A stretch of 64,000 nt of DNA from an uncultured Bacteroidota bacterium (GTDB lineage: Bacteria > Bacteroidota > Bacteroidia > Flavobacteriales > Flavobacteriaceae), in NCBI GenBank assembly GCA_902559035.1, contig CACEGG010000002.1, positions 51,846 through 115,845 of the forward strand, written 5' to 3'. The notes under the pieces were generated by a model, which saw nothing but the letters and a program-made list of their open reading frames with translations, made no database searches and was not told where the DNA came from. A program made the translations under genes and the position numbers. Shown here one piece after another: positions 19,472-29,779 of the stretch; within the stretch, counting starts at the first letter, position 1; each line of letters starts with the position of its first letter.

Positions 19472-20659
19472 ATGGGAATAAGCAATTTTGTTTCTCTCAA
19501 GTATTTTTATTCAAAGAGTAAATTAAATATTATAAACTTTATAAGCGCAATAGCCTCTTTTGTTTTAGTTGTTGCCGCCTGTTCCTTTTTTATAGTTCTG
19601 TCTGTGTTTTCAGGGCTCAAGGATTTTGGGCTCCAATATAATCGCTCGTTTGACCCCGACCTAAAGGTTAGCTATGCTTCAGGAGGATTTTTTGAGCTTA
19701 CAGAAAATCATTCCAAACAACTGGAAAATAGTTTATTGATTTTTTCTACAGTTTTTGAAGAAAAAGTATTGTTGAGTAGTGATGGAAAAAATTCATTTGG
19801 GACAATTATCGGAGTTGACAATAATTATAGAGACGTTATAGAGATAGATAGTCTTATTGCTTTAGGGAGGTGGCTTAACCCAGAAAGTAACGAGTCTGTG
19901 GTGAGCTACTCAACAGCAAATAAACTAAATCTTGGGTTATTTGAATATGGTAATAGCCTAACAGTGTCCATTCCTGCAACAAAACCAAGAAGTGGATTTA
20001 ATAAAAAACCTTTTGAAAGTTCCTCTTTTATGGCTTCCGGGGTTTTTAACAGTTCTGATGAAAAAGACCAAAGAATTGTTTTTTCGTCATTAAAATCTGT
20101 TCAAAATTTATTCAAAAAAAACAACTCTGTGATTTCTTCAGTGCTTGTAAAAACCTCTGACATCAAGCCTAATAAAACATTGCTGAAAAATATTTTTGGA
20201 GATCAGTTTATAGTTCAATCTAGAGAAGAGCTTAATGAAACTTACTATAAAATGATTAATTCTGAGGGCTTGATTTTAAATTTAATAATGGTTCTTATTT
20301 TAATCGTTGCAATGTTCAATTCCGTTGGCGCAATAATTATTTTAATTGTGGAAAAACAAAGCAGTATAAGGACATTAATAAAGCTAGGGGCAACAGAGTC
20401 ACAAATACAAAATATCTTTTTTTGTCACGGAATTTTGATTTCTATGTTTGGAGGGGGCATTGGTCTTGTGGCGGGTTTGTTCTTTGTTTGGCTACAAAAG
20501 ACCTATTCTTTAATAACGCTTTCTGGAACCTCAATCCCTTATCCAGTAGGGTTTGAGCTTTCTAATGTTTTAACAGTATTTTTATTTCTGACTATAATTT
20601 GTGGGGCAGGGTCTTATTTGGCTTCTAAAAGGAGTTTGAAAGTTAAACTGCAGGAATAA
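19472..20659 (+). CDS. FtsX-like ABC transporter permease (LolC/E-like)
   Basis: An N-terminal TM, a large periplasmic loop and three C-terminal TMs with the FtsX-type pattern (LIVAMFNSVGAIIILIVEK). Confidence 0.75.
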   Translation: MGISNFVSLKYFYSKSKLNIINFISAIASFVLVVAACSFFIVLSVFSGLKDFGLQYNRSFDPDLKVSYASGGFFELTENHSKQLENSLLIFSTVFEEKVLLSSDGKNSFGTIIGVDNNYRDVIEIDSLIALGRWLNPESNESVVSYSTANKLNLGLFEYGNSLTVSIPATKPRSGFNKKPFESSSFMASGVFNSSDEKDQRIVFSSLKSVQNLFKKNNSVISSVLVKTSDIKPNKTLLKNIFGDQFIVQSREELNETYYKMINSEGLILNLIMVLILIVAMFNSVGAIIILIVEKQSSIRTLIKLGATESQIQNIFFCHGILISMFGGGIGLVAGLFFVWLQKTYSLITLSGTSIPYPVGFELSNVLTVFLFLTIICGAGSYLASKRSLKVKLQE

Positions 20660-21638
20660 AAGATTCATTTTCTTGTTCCAGTCTTGCAAATAAGTCAAAA
20701 AGTTCTGGTACGGTTTCGAGCGTTACAAGCTGTGTTCTAAACGGCTTAAAGTCTTGAATTCCTTTAAAATAGTTTGAGTAATGCCTTCTTGTTTCTAAAA
20801 TTCCTAGCCTTTCTCCTTTCCATTTAATAGACATTTCTAGGTGACGTCTAGCTACGTGTATTCTTTCTAAAACGGAGGGTTTTTTCATGTGTTTGCCAGT
20901 GTTGAAGAACTCTTTAACTTGGTTAAAAAACCAAGGGTTTCCTATGCATGCGCGGCCAATCATTGCTCCATCAAGCCCGTATTCATCTCGCATCAACTGC
21001 GCTTTTTCTGGGCTATTTACATCTCCATTGCCAAAAACAGGAATAAACATACGCGGGTTGTTTTTTACCTGCGCAATCGGCTTCCAATTTGCCTCTCCTT
21101 TATACATTTGAGCCCTTGTTCTTCCGTGAATTGAAATTGCTTTAGCGCCAACGTCTTGCAGGCGCTCAGCCACTTCAACTATTTTAATAGAATTTTCATC
21201 CCAACCAAGTCTAGTTTTAATTGTTATGGGAAGTGATGTTCTTTTACACATCTCTTTAGTGAGTTTAACCATAAGGTCTATGTCTTTTAATATCCCTGCT
21301 CCCGCTCCTTTCGAAACTACTTTTTTCACAGGACATCCAAAGTTTATATCGATAATGTCAGGGCTTACAGCTTCTACAATATCAATTGATTGTAACATAG
21401 AGTCAAGATTCGCTCCAAAAATTTGTATCCCAACTGGCCTTTCTTTTTCAAAAATATCTAGCTTAATCACACTTTTCTGTGCATTTCGGATTAAGCCTTC
21501 GCTTGAGATAAACTCTGTATAAACAACGTCTGCACCCATCTCTTTACATAGTGCCCTGAACGGAGGGTCGCTTACGTCTTCCATTGGAGCCAATAACAAT
21601 GGAAAGTCTGGAATTTCTATGTCTCCTATTTTTATCAA
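20643..21638 (-). CDS. dusB: tRNA dihydrouridine synthase
   Basis: [21 protein letters not shown] and ISIHGRTR motifs. The tracked start is TTG. Confidence 0.9.
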   Translation of the reverse strand: MIKIGDIEIPDFPLLLAPMEDVSDPPFRALCKEMGADVVYTEFISSEGLIRNAQKSVIKLDIFEKERPVGIQIFGANLDSMLQSIDIVEAVSPDIIDINFGCPVKKVVSKGAGAGILKDIDLMVKLTKEMCKRTSLPITIKTRLGWDENSIKIVEVAERLQDVGAKAISIHGRTRAQMYKGEANWKPIAQVKNNPRMFIPVFGNGDVNSPEKAQLMRDEYGLDGAMIGRACIGNPWFFNQVKEFFNTGKHMKKPSVLERIHVARRHLEMSIKWKGERLGILETRRHYSNYFKGIQDFKPFRTQLVTLETVPELFDLFARLEQENESFIPAV

Positions 21639-21655
21639 AAGCTAAATTTTTATTG

Positions 21656-21663
21656 CAAAAGTA
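21656..21663 (-). promoter_or_regulatory. -7 promoter box (TACTTTTG) for dusB
   Basis: The reverse complement of CAAAAGTA matches TAnnTTTG, 17 nt upstream of the dusB start. Confidence 0.4.
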
Positions 21664-21701
21664 AAATTTTAATCTTAATAGACTTAAACGCTTTATTAGC
21701 T

Positions 21702-21709
21702 TATATTTG
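21702..21709 (+). promoter_or_regulatory. -7 promoter box (TATATTTG) for lepA
   Basis: Matches TAnnTTTG, 16 nt upstream of the ATG at 21726. Confidence 0.45.
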
Positions 21710-21725
21710 TCGATTATTAAAACGA

Positions 21726-23522
21726 ATGTCTGAAATAAGAAATTTTTGCATTATTGCCCATATTGATCACGGCAAAAGTACTTTGGCCGACAGGCTTCTT
21801 GATTTCACTGGCGCTGTTTCAAGCCGTGAAAAACAAGATCAGCTTTTAGACAATATGGATTTGGAAAGAGAAAGAGGGATTACGATAAAGTCTCATGCTA
21901 TTCAAATGAATTATTCAAAAGGGGGTGTTGAATACGTTTTGAATTTAATTGACACGCCTGGCCATGTAGATTTTTCTTACGAAGTTTCAAGGTCTATTGC
22001 CGCTTGTGAAGGTGCTTTGCTTGTTGTAGATGCCGCTCAAAGCATACAGGCTCAAACCATTTCTAATCTTTATCTTGCTCTAGAAAATGACTTGGAAATA
22101 ATCCCTGTTCTTAACAAGGTTGATTTGCCCTCTGCAAATCCTGAAGAAGTTAGCGATGACATTGTTGACCTTTTAGGGTGTAAAAAAGAAGAAATTATTC
22201 ATGCTTCCGCAAAAACAGGTTTAGGAATTGAAAATATACTTGATGCTATAATTAATGTTGTTCCAGGACCCGAAAGAGATGATAACGCGCCATTGAAGGC
22301 GCTTATTTTTGATTCTGTTTATAATCCTTTCAGGGGTGTAGAAACTTATTTTAGAGTTTTTTCTGGAAAAATTTCTAAAGGCCAAGGCATAAAGTTTTTG
22401 GCAACACAAAAAAACTATTCTGCTGATGAGGTTGGAACACTAAATCTGACCCAAACCCCAAAACAATATATTGGTGCTGGAGATGTGGGTTATTTAATTA
22501 CTGGAATTAAAAATGCAAAAGAGGTTAAGGTTGGTGACACTATTATTGATGTTAACTCTACCGAATCTGTAGGCGTTTCTGGATTTGAAGACGTAAAGCC
22601 TATGGTTTTTGCAGGAATATACCCCGTAGACACTGAAGACTATGAGGAGTTACGCTCCTCTATGGATAAACTACAATTAAACGACGCCTCTCTTGTTTAT
22701 TCTCCGGAAAGCTCTTCTGCTCTTGGCTTTGGTTTCAGGTGTGGTTTTTTAGGAATGTTACACTTAGAAATAATTCAAGAAAGGCTTGAAAGAGAATTTA
22801 ATATGTCTGTGATAACAACAGTGCCTAACGTGTCCTACAACGCTTTTATTCGAAGAGAAATTGATGTGCCTATTTTAGTAAACAATCCCTCTGACTTGCC
22901 CGATCCCTCAAGCTTAGATCGTGTAGAGGAGCCTTTTATAAAAGCAACTATAATTACAAAATCTGATTATGTAGGAAATGTTATGAGTCTGTGTATTGAA
23001 AAAAGAGGGGAGATTAAAAACCAAACTTATTTAACCACTCAAAGAGTTGAGCTTGTCTTTGATATGCCTTTGGCAGAGATTGTTTTTGATTTTTATGATA
23101 GGCTTAAAACCGTTTCAAAAGGCTACGCTTCTTTTGATTATTCACCGATTGGCCTAAGGCCCTCAAAACTTGTAAAGGTAGATTTGCTTCTCAACGGAAA
23201 TTCGGTTGACGCACTATCTGCTTTAATTCATTTTGATAACGCTTACACTATTGGTAAAAAAATGTGTGAAAAACTACGAGAACTAATTCCGCGTCAGCAA
23301 TTTGATATACCCGTACAGGCTGCTATTGGCGCTAAAATTATCTCTAGAGAAACCATAAAGGCTTTAAGAAAAGATGTTACTGCGAAATGCTATGGTGGAG
23401 ATATTACAAGAAAAAGAAAGCTTTTGGAAAAACAAAAAAAGGGAAAGAAAAAAATGAGACAAGTTGGTCGAGTTGAGATTCCGCAAGAAGCTTTTATGGC
23501 TGTTTTAAAGCTTAATGATTAA
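21726..23522 (+). CDS. lepA: elongation factor 4
   Basis: [30 protein letters not shown] and the conserved LepA C-terminal domain. Confidence 0.95.
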   Translation: MSEIRNFCIIAHIDHGKSTLADRLLDFTGAVSSREKQDQLLDNMDLERERGITIKSHAIQMNYSKGGVEYVLNLIDTPGHVDFSYEVSRSIAACEGALLVVDAAQSIQAQTISNLYLALENDLEIIPVLNKVDLPSANPEEVSDDIVDLLGCKKEEIIHASAKTGLGIENILDAIINVVPGPERDDNAPLKALIFDSVYNPFRGVETYFRVFSGKISKGQGIKFLATQKNYSADEVGTLNLTQTPKQYIGAGDVGYLITGIKNAKEVKVGDTIIDVNSTESVGVSGFEDVKPMVFAGIYPVDTEDYEELRSSMDKLQLNDASLVYSPESSSALGFGFRCGFLGMLHLEIIQERLEREFNMSVITTVPNVSYNAFIRREIDVPILVNNPSDLPDPSSLDRVEEPFIKATIITKSDYVGNVMSLCIEKRGEIKNQTYLTTQRVELVFDMPLAEIVFDFYDRLKTVSKGYASFDYSPIGLRPSKLVKVDLLLNGNSVDALSALIHFDNAYTIGKKMCEKLRELIPRQQFDIPVQAAIGAKIISRETIKALRKDVTAKCYGGDITRKRKLLEKQKKGKKKMRQVGRVEIPQEAFMAVLKLND

Positions 23523-23678
23523 TTCTTGCTATACTTTCTTTTAAGGCCAAGCCTTTAAATCGTCCTGACACCCGTGTTATCATTTGAAAAAGAGAGTCTT
23601 AGCTTTTTTTTGTTACAATTAACCTTATATATATAGGATTTCTGCTTAAAAATATTATTTTTAATATAACGTCTTTAT

Positions 23679-25856
23679 ATGAAGAAGCTACAACGAACAT
23701 TGTCTTTGCCTGGAGCCATAGCCGTGAGTGTTGGTGGAATGTTAAGCGGTATTTTTGTTCTGCCCGGGCTTGCAGTTGGTATTACCGGATCTTCCGTGTG
23801 GCTTGCTTTTTTGGTTGCGGCTCTTTGTATTTTACCTGCTGTATTGTCTAAATCGGAATTGGCTACTTCAATGCCAAAATCTGGAGGCACCTATGTCTAT
23901 ATTGAGCGTGCCTTTGGGCCTTTATTTGGCACCATTTCTGGTTTGGGGCTTTGGCTTTCTTTGTTGCTTAAGAGTGCGTTTTCGTTAGTTGGGCTTAGCG
24001 CTTACCTATATGTTCTTATCGAGGTTGATTCCAGCCTTACTAAAAGCATCGCTCTTTTTTCTCTTCTATTAATTTTGTTGCTCAATATTTTTGGGGTAAA
24101 AAAAGTTGAAAAAACACAGCTTCTTATTGTAAGCATAAGCGTGTTGTCTTTGGTTGGCTTAATTCTTTTCGGCTTTGGGTCTTTCGATGGTGCTCTGACT
24201 GAGCCCGTCTTTTCAAAAGAGTCTTCGGGTTTTATTAGCGCTGTCGCTTTTTTATATATTTCGTATGCTGGGGTTACTAAAGTGGCCGCAGTAGCGGGGG
24301 AAATTAAAAACCCTGAGGTAAACCTTCCTAAAACAATGTTGATCTCTTTGTTTTTAATTACGGTAGTTTATGTTTTAGTGGCTATTGTCTTGGTTGGTAA
24401 CGTTGAGGCGTCATTTCTTGTTAACGACATTAAGCCTATTTATACATTGTCGCAAACTCTTGGTGGAGACGCGTTTGGGTATGCTGCTGGAATTGTTGGT
24501 GTTCTAACCCTGCTGTCAATGGCTAACTCAGGTGTTCTTGCTTCCTCTAGATTTCCTTTTGCTATGGCAAGGGATAAAATGCTGCCTGATTTTTTAGGGT
24601 CAGTAAGCGCAAAATTTATGACCCCTGTTTATTCTATTATTGTTACGGCATTTATAATTGGGCTCGCTATAATTTATTTAGATGTTGAAAAAATCGCAAA
24701 ATTAGCCAGTGCTTTTAAGGTCTTGATGTTTATTTCTGTAAACCTTGCGGTAATTGTTTTAAGAGAAACTAACGCACAATGGTATAACCCCTCTTACAAA
24801 TCTCCTTTTTATCCTTATGTACAAATCTTTGGGGTAATTAGCGGGATCGTGTTGCTTGCATTTCTAGGTCTTTTGCCCCTTCTTTCTGTTTTGGGTGTTT
24901 TTGTCTTTGGCTTTATCACTTTTTTATTTTATGGAAGAAAAACAAATAGAAAAGGAGTTTTTTCAAGCTATGGCATTTTTTCTTTTCTATTTCGAAGCGG
25001 AAAAGGGTTTGTTGAAGAACACAAGACTGATGTAAGCTCTGGGGAAGAAAACGTTGTTAATAAAAATGCTGAGATAGTCGTCCCTTTACTTGGTGATGAA
25101 ACCTCTCCTGAAACTTTGGTAGAAATAGCTTCATCTATAAAAGACGGTGTTAAATTAAATGCTATAAACTTAATTGAAGCTCCTAATCAAACTTTTCTTG
25201 AGGCTGTCAACACACATTCCCCAAGATCAGAGTCAATCAAAAGAAGAATCTTAAACATTACGCCCCTAAACAAAACTAGCTTAACTTATGAAACCGTGTC
25301 AACTCACAACGTTTCTAATTCCATAGAAAACATTACAGGGCAACGGAAATGCAAGTGGCTTGTTATGGGTTGGGAAGGAAGAGCGCGATCAGGTATTTTG
25401 ATTGGAAACCCTATTGGTTGGTTGTTACGAAACGTAAACTCTAGTTTTGCGCTTTATAAAGACAATGGCGTTAGAAGTTTTGAAAAAGTTGTTCTTGCCC
25501 TAAGGCCCGGAAGACAAAACAATGCTTTCATCGAAGTGGCGGAAAACATTTGTGTTTTTTATGGGGCCGAACTAACATTGTTAAATATTGTGCCCTCAGG
25601 CGCCCCACGGGACTCGATCAATAAAATTTCTGATTCTTCCTCAAAATTAATATCAAAAACCAAGTGCAACAGCTCTCTTTTAGTTTTAGAAAGCGACAAC
25701 CCTTTAGAAACTATTACGGAGCAATCTGCGAATTTTGACTTGTTAATTTTAGGAACCCCCGAAAAAGACAATTGGCTAAACGTCTTGTTTGGCGGAGGAA
25801 AAGATAAGTTTGTTCATAATTCCGTGTGTTCAGTCCTTAGGCTTACTATAAAGTAA
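23679..25856 (+). CDS. APC-family amino-acid permease fused to C-terminal universal stress protein (Usp) domains
   Basis: About 12 hydrophobic helices in the first ~450 aa. The C-terminal ~260 aa carry two Usp-like halves (IVVPLLGDETS... and ...FDLLILGTPEKDNW....HNSVCSVLRL). Confidence 0.7.
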   Translation: MKKLQRTLSLPGAIAVSVGGMLSGIFVLPGLAVGITGSSVWLAFLVAALCILPAVLSKSELATSMPKSGGTYVYIERAFGPLFGTISGLGLWLSLLLKSAFSLVGLSAYLYVLIEVDSSLTKSIALFSLLLILLLNIFGVKKVEKTQLLIVSISVLSLVGLILFGFGSFDGALTEPVFSKESSGFISAVAFLYISYAGVTKVAAVAGEIKNPEVNLPKTMLISLFLITVVYVLVAIVLVGNVEASFLVNDIKPIYTLSQTLGGDAFGYAAGIVGVLTLLSMANSGVLASSRFPFAMARDKMLPDFLGSVSAKFMTPVYSIIVTAFIIGLAIIYLDVEKIAKLASAFKVLMFISVNLAVIVLRETNAQWYNPSYKSPFYPYVQIFGVISGIVLLAFLGLLPLLSVLGVFVFGFITFLFYGRKTNRKGVFSSYGIFSFLFRSGKGFVEEHKTDVSSGEENVVNKNAEIVVPLLGDETSPETLVEIASSIKDGVKLNAINLIEAPNQTFLEAVNTHSPRSESIKRRILNITPLNKTSLTYETVSTHNVSNSIENITGQRKCKWLVMGWEGRARSGILIGNPIGWLLRNVNSSFALYKDNGVRSFEKVVLALRPGRQNNAFIEVAENICVFYGAELTLLNIVPSGAPRDSINKISDSSSKLISKTKCNSSLLVLESDNPLETITEQSANFDLLILGTPEKDNWLNVLFGGGKDKFVHNSVCSVLRLTIK

Positions 25857-25878
25857 TTCTTTATCTTTATTTTTTAAT

Positions 25879-26739
25879 ATGACACTATACCCTATAGAGG
25901 CTGGAAACTTTAAATTAGATGGAGGGGCTATGTTTGGGGTGGTTCCAAAATCGATTTGGAAAAAAACCAACCCTTCAGACTCTAACAACATGATTGACAT
26001 GGCGTCAAGGTGTTTGTTGATTGAAGACGGGAAGAAGCTAACCCTAATAGATGCTGGTATGGGCACAAAACAGACTGAAAAGTTTTTTAGTTATTACTAC
26101 AGGTGGGGAGATTACGACCTTGTCTCTTCAATTAAAAAGGCGGGGTTTTCATGTGATGACGTCACTGACGTCATATACACTCATCTTCATTTTGATCATT
26201 GCGGAGGGGGTTCGGTTTGGGACAAAACAAGGTCTTTCTACAAGCCTCTTTTTAAAAATGCTAAATATTGGAGCAACAAGAGCCATTGGGGCTGGGCTAA
26301 AACCCCTAACCCTAGGGAAAAAGCTTCTTTTTTAAGTGAAAATTTGTTTCCCATTGAATCTTCTGGAGCCTTGTCTTTTGTTTCTGAACACGACACTGGT
26401 TTTAAACACAAACAAGAGCTTAACCTAGAAATTATGTTTGTGAATGGGCATACAGAAAAGCAAATGATTCCAAAAATTCAATACCAAAACAAAACAATTG
26501 TATTTGCTGCAGATCTTATCCCAACAAGCGGACATTTACCTGTGCCTTACGTAATGGGTTATGATGTCAAGCCTTTAGTCTCTATGAGCGAAAAAGAGGC
26601 TTTTTTAAACAGTGCGGTAAAAAACAACTATTATTTGTTTTTAGAGCACGACGCTCATAATGAAATTATAACCTTAAAAAACACAGAAAAGGGCGTGAGA
26701 GTTGATCAGTCTTTTTCTTTCAATCAATTATTTAATTAG
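25879..26739 (+). CDS. MBL-fold metallo-hydrolase
   Basis: HLHFDHCGG (HxHxDH) zinc motif. Confidence 0.8.
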   Translation: MTLYPIEAGNFKLDGGAMFGVVPKSIWKKTNPSDSNNMIDMASRCLLIEDGKKLTLIDAGMGTKQTEKFFSYYYRWGDYDLVSSIKKAGFSCDDVTDVIYTHLHFDHCGGGSVWDKTRSFYKPLFKNAKYWSNKSHWGWAKTPNPREKASFLSENLFPIESSGALSFVSEHDTGFKHKQELNLEIMFVNGHTEKQMIPKIQYQNKTIVFAADLIPTSGHLPVPYVMGYDVKPLVSMSEKEAFLNSAVKNNYYLFLEHDAHNEIITLKNTEKGVRVDQSFSFNQLFN

Positions 26740-26744
26740 TTCTT

Positions 26745-28571
26745 ATGAAGTCTTTTTTTTGTCTTTTGTTCTTTCTCCCTCTTGTGCTGTTCTCTCAAGC
26801 AAGCTGGCAACAACACGCTGAATATTTTATGGATATTAAAATGGATGTTTCTGACTTCACTTTTTTGGGTGAACAAACAATCCTTTACACAAACAACTCT
26901 CCTGACACTATAAACAAGGTTTATTATCATCTTTTTTTTAATGCTTTTAGGCCTGGAAGTCAAATGGATATTCGGTCCCGAACAATTCAAGACCCTGACA
27001 GAAGGGTGGGCAGCAGAATTTTTGGTCTTGAAAAAAAAGATTTTGGAGAGTTAAAAGTTGGGTCCTTGGAACAAAACGGAAAAAAAGTTGAATTCGATGA
27101 AAACGAAACTGTTTTATTGGTCAAACTCAATAAACCTTTGCTTCCTGGAAAAAAAACAGAACTTAAAATGGTTTTTACGGGACAAGTTCCTTTGCAAATT
27201 CGGCGCTCTGGAAAGCTTAACAAAGAGGGGGTTCACTTAACTATGACACAATGGTTTCCCAAGCTAGCTGAATATGATTTTGAGGGCTGGCATCCCAATC
27301 CGTATATTGGACGAGAATTTCATGGCGTTTGGGGAAACTACACGGTAAATATCACTATTGATAAAAACTACGTTGTTGGAGGAACTGGCTACCTTCAAAA
27401 CGCCAAAGAAATAGGTCATGGTTACGGAGAAAAAACTAAAAAAAATTCCGACAATACATTAACTTGGAGATTTTACGCTCCTAACGTGCATGACTTTGCT
27501 TGGGCTGCAGACCCAGACTATTTGCACGACGTTATAAGCTCTGAATCGGGGGTTGACTTTCATTTTTTATACAAAAACACCGTTAATGTTGATGATTGGA
27601 AAAAGCTTCAGGGCGACACATTAAAACTTCTTGAATTTTTTGAAAAAAATATTGGTCCCTATCCTTGGAAACAATACTCTGTTATACAGGGCGGAGACGG
27701 AGGAATGGAATACGCAATGTGCACAATGATAACTGGCGAAAGGTCTTACGGAAGCTTATTTGGGGTTACTGCGCACGAATTAGCTCACGCTTGGTTTCAA
27801 CACATTTTAGCAAACAATGAGGCTAAACACCCTTGGATGGACGAAGGGTTTACTGAGTATATTACCTCACTAGCCGAGGAGTTTGTAAACAACAAAACCT
27901 CTCCCTTTCCGCACAAAAGTAGTTATGAGAGGTATTACATGATTAATAATCTACAAAAAGAAAACCCCGCTATTGAAATAGACCAGCCCCAAACTGTTCA
28001 CTCTGACAGATGGAATTATAATTTTACTTACGGCGCAAACGCTTACAGCAAGGGGTCTGTTTTTCTGTCGCAGCTTGGTTATATAATTGGCAAAAAAAAT
28101 CTGTCAAAAACTATTAAAAGATATTATAATGACTTTAAATTTAAACACCCTACACCAAATGACTTTAAAAGAGTTGCTGAGAAAGTTTCAGGCACTGAGC
28201 TTGAGTGGTACTTAAACGACTGGACTAGAACCTCAAACAAAATAGATTATAAAATAGTTTCTTACAACGACAAGACAAGAGGGGTTTCGTTAAGGAGAAT
28301 AGAGAACATGCCTATGCCAATTGAGCTTTTTATCACGTTTGACGACGGATCTAAAGAGCTTTATTATATTCCTACTGATCTAATGTTTAATTATAAACAG
28401 TTTGACCAAAGCGTTGTTGTAACTAATTTAAGCCCATGGAAATGGGCAAATTCTGAATATTCTTTTTTTATAGAAGACAACAACAAAAAAGTAGTTTTTA
28501 TAGAAATTGATCCTTCAAAAAGGCTTGCCGATATAGATCAAAAAAATAATGTTTTAAACATTTCCAAATGA
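26745..28571 (+). CDS. M1 family metallopeptidase (secreted)
   Basis: Signal peptide, GGMEY exopeptidase-like motif, HELAHAWFQH zinc motif and the downstream WMDEGFTEY. Confidence 0.85.
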   Translation: MKSFFCLLFFLPLVLFSQASWQQHAEYFMDIKMDVSDFTFLGEQTILYTNNSPDTINKVYYHLFFNAFRPGSQMDIRSRTIQDPDRRVGSRIFGLEKKDFGELKVGSLEQNGKKVEFDENETVLLVKLNKPLLPGKKTELKMVFTGQVPLQIRRSGKLNKEGVHLTMTQWFPKLAEYDFEGWHPNPYIGREFHGVWGNYTVNITIDKNYVVGGTGYLQNAKEIGHGYGEKTKKNSDNTLTWRFYAPNVHDFAWAADPDYLHDVISSESGVDFHFLYKNTVNVDDWKKLQGDTLKLLEFFEKNIGPYPWKQYSVIQGGDGGMEYAMCTMITGERSYGSLFGVTAHELAHAWFQHILANNEAKHPWMDEGFTEYITSLAEEFVNNKTSPFPHKSSYERYYMINNLQKENPAIEIDQPQTVHSDRWNYNFTYGANAYSKGSVFLSQLGYIIGKKNLSKTIKRYYNDFKFKHPTPNDFKRVAEKVSGTELEWYLNDWTRTSNKIDYKIVSYNDKTRGVSLRRIENMPMPIELFITFDDGSKELYYIPTDLMFNYKQFDQSVVVTNLSPWKWANSEYSFFIEDNNKKVVFIEIDPSKRLADIDQKNNVLNISK

Positions 28572-28906
28572 TTTCTTCTTTAAAAAGTGAAAAAAAAATT
28601 GAACTGCTTTTTAATGAAGGTTCGTTGATAAAAAAAGATGGGTTATTGTTAAAATTTTATTTTTTTAATGATGGTCTTGTTAAGTATGGAGTTAGTGTTC
28701 CTAAAAAAAAATTTAAATCTGCTGTAAAAAGAAACCTTATAAAGCGTAAGATTAGAGAGTCTGTTAGGGGTTCTGGTTGTTTTACCCTGCTTCCGGTTGG
28801 TGTTTCTTTTTTTATAATTTACAATTATAATTCTGTTTTGGAAAGTAAAAAACTTTGTGTTCTTGTTGACTCTCTTTTAAAAAAGCTTCTTGCTTCTTTT
28901 AAATAA
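28568..28906 (+). CDS. rnpA: ribonuclease P protein component
   Basis: 112 aa and basic. The KAVKRNLIKRKIRE motif is typical of RnpA. ATGA overlap with the upstream gene. Confidence 0.75.
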   Translation: MISSLKSEKKIELLFNEGSLIKKDGLLLKFYFFNDGLVKYGVSVPKKKFKSAVKRNLIKRKIRESVRGSGCFTLLPVGVSFFIIYNYNSVLESKKLCVLVDSLLKKLLASFK

Positions 28907-29351
28907 TGTTTAAATACATGGCCACATGAGGTATTCCGTCTTCTAAATATTTTTTTCCTTTTGTTACAAAGCCATGTTCTGAGTAAAACTTTTTTAAGTG
29001 CGCCTGTGCTGATATTTTAACTGCGTTTGTTCCGTAATTCTTTTTTATTTCAACAAGGGATTTTGCAACAAGCTCATGCCCTAGGCCCGTTCCTCTATGT
29101 TTCTTTTTTACAATTGCCCTTCCAAAAGAGGTTTCTTTAAAATATTCTTCTTTGTTAAAAATTCTGGAGTACGCAATAAGTTTGTTTTCAAAATAGCCCA
29201 TAATGTGTATTGCTTCTAGGTCTTTTTTATCAATGTCTTGATAAACACAGTTTTGCTCTACTACAAAAACCTCTGACCTTAATCTTAAAATAAAATATAT
29301 TTCATTTGCAATTAAAGCACTCCATTTTTTTACTACCCAATTTATTTTCAT
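28899..29351 (-). CDS. GNAT family N-acetyltransferase (ElaA-like)
   Basis: RSEVFVVEQNCVYQDIDKKD and the RGTGLGHELV acetyl-CoA loop. Confidence 0.8.
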   Translation of the reverse strand: MKINWVVKKWSALIANEIYFILRLRSEVFVVEQNCVYQDIDKKDLEAIHIMGYFENKLIAYSRIFNKEEYFKETSFGRAIVKKKHRGTGLGHELVAKSLVEIKKNYGTNAVKISAQAHLKKFYSEHGFVTKGKKYLEDGIPHVAMYLNII

Positions 29352-29779
29352 TGAAGAGGAATTTTGTTTATTCTTTTTAAGTGTCTTCCTCCTTCAAATT
29401 CCGTGTTTATAAATTTTTTTACTATTTCTTTTGCCTCGTCAAGAGAAACAAAGCGAGAGGGTATACTAAGCATATTAGCATTGTTATGTGTTCTTGAAAG
29501 TTCTGCAATTTCACTGTTCCAACAGAGGGCCGACCTTATGTTATTGTGTTTGTTTGCTGTCATATTAGCTCCGTTCCCACTTCCACATATTATTATACCT
29601 ATGTCAACTTCTTTATTAGAAACCTGTTTTGATACAGGATGAATATGATCAGGGTAATCTACGCTTTCTTCAGTGTCTGTTCCGTTGTTAATTATACTGT
29701 GGCCCTCTTTTTTAAGAATTTTTATTATTTCCTTTTTATATAGTGTTCCCGCGTGATCATTTCCGATTGATATTTTCAT
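29348..29779 (-). CDS. rpiB: ribose-5-phosphate isomerase B
   Basis: MKISIGNDHAG and GIIICGSGNGANMTANK motifs. Confidence 0.9.
   Translation of the reverse strand: MKISIGNDHAGTLYKKEIIKILKKEGHSIINNGTDTEESVDYPDHIHPVSKQVSNKEVDIGIIICGSGNGANMTANKHNNIRSALCWNSEIAELSRTHNNANMLSIPSRFVSLDEAKEIVKKFINTEFEGGRHLKRINKIPLQ

Noticed and set aside
23679-28571. Visibly GC-richer stretch (permease, MBL hydrolase, M1 peptidase) as a horizontally acquired island
   Set aside because: There are no flanking tRNA, integrase, repeats or other mobility signals. The composition is explained by Gly/Ala/Val/Leu-rich membrane and enzyme sequences. It cannot be tested without genome-wide statistics.
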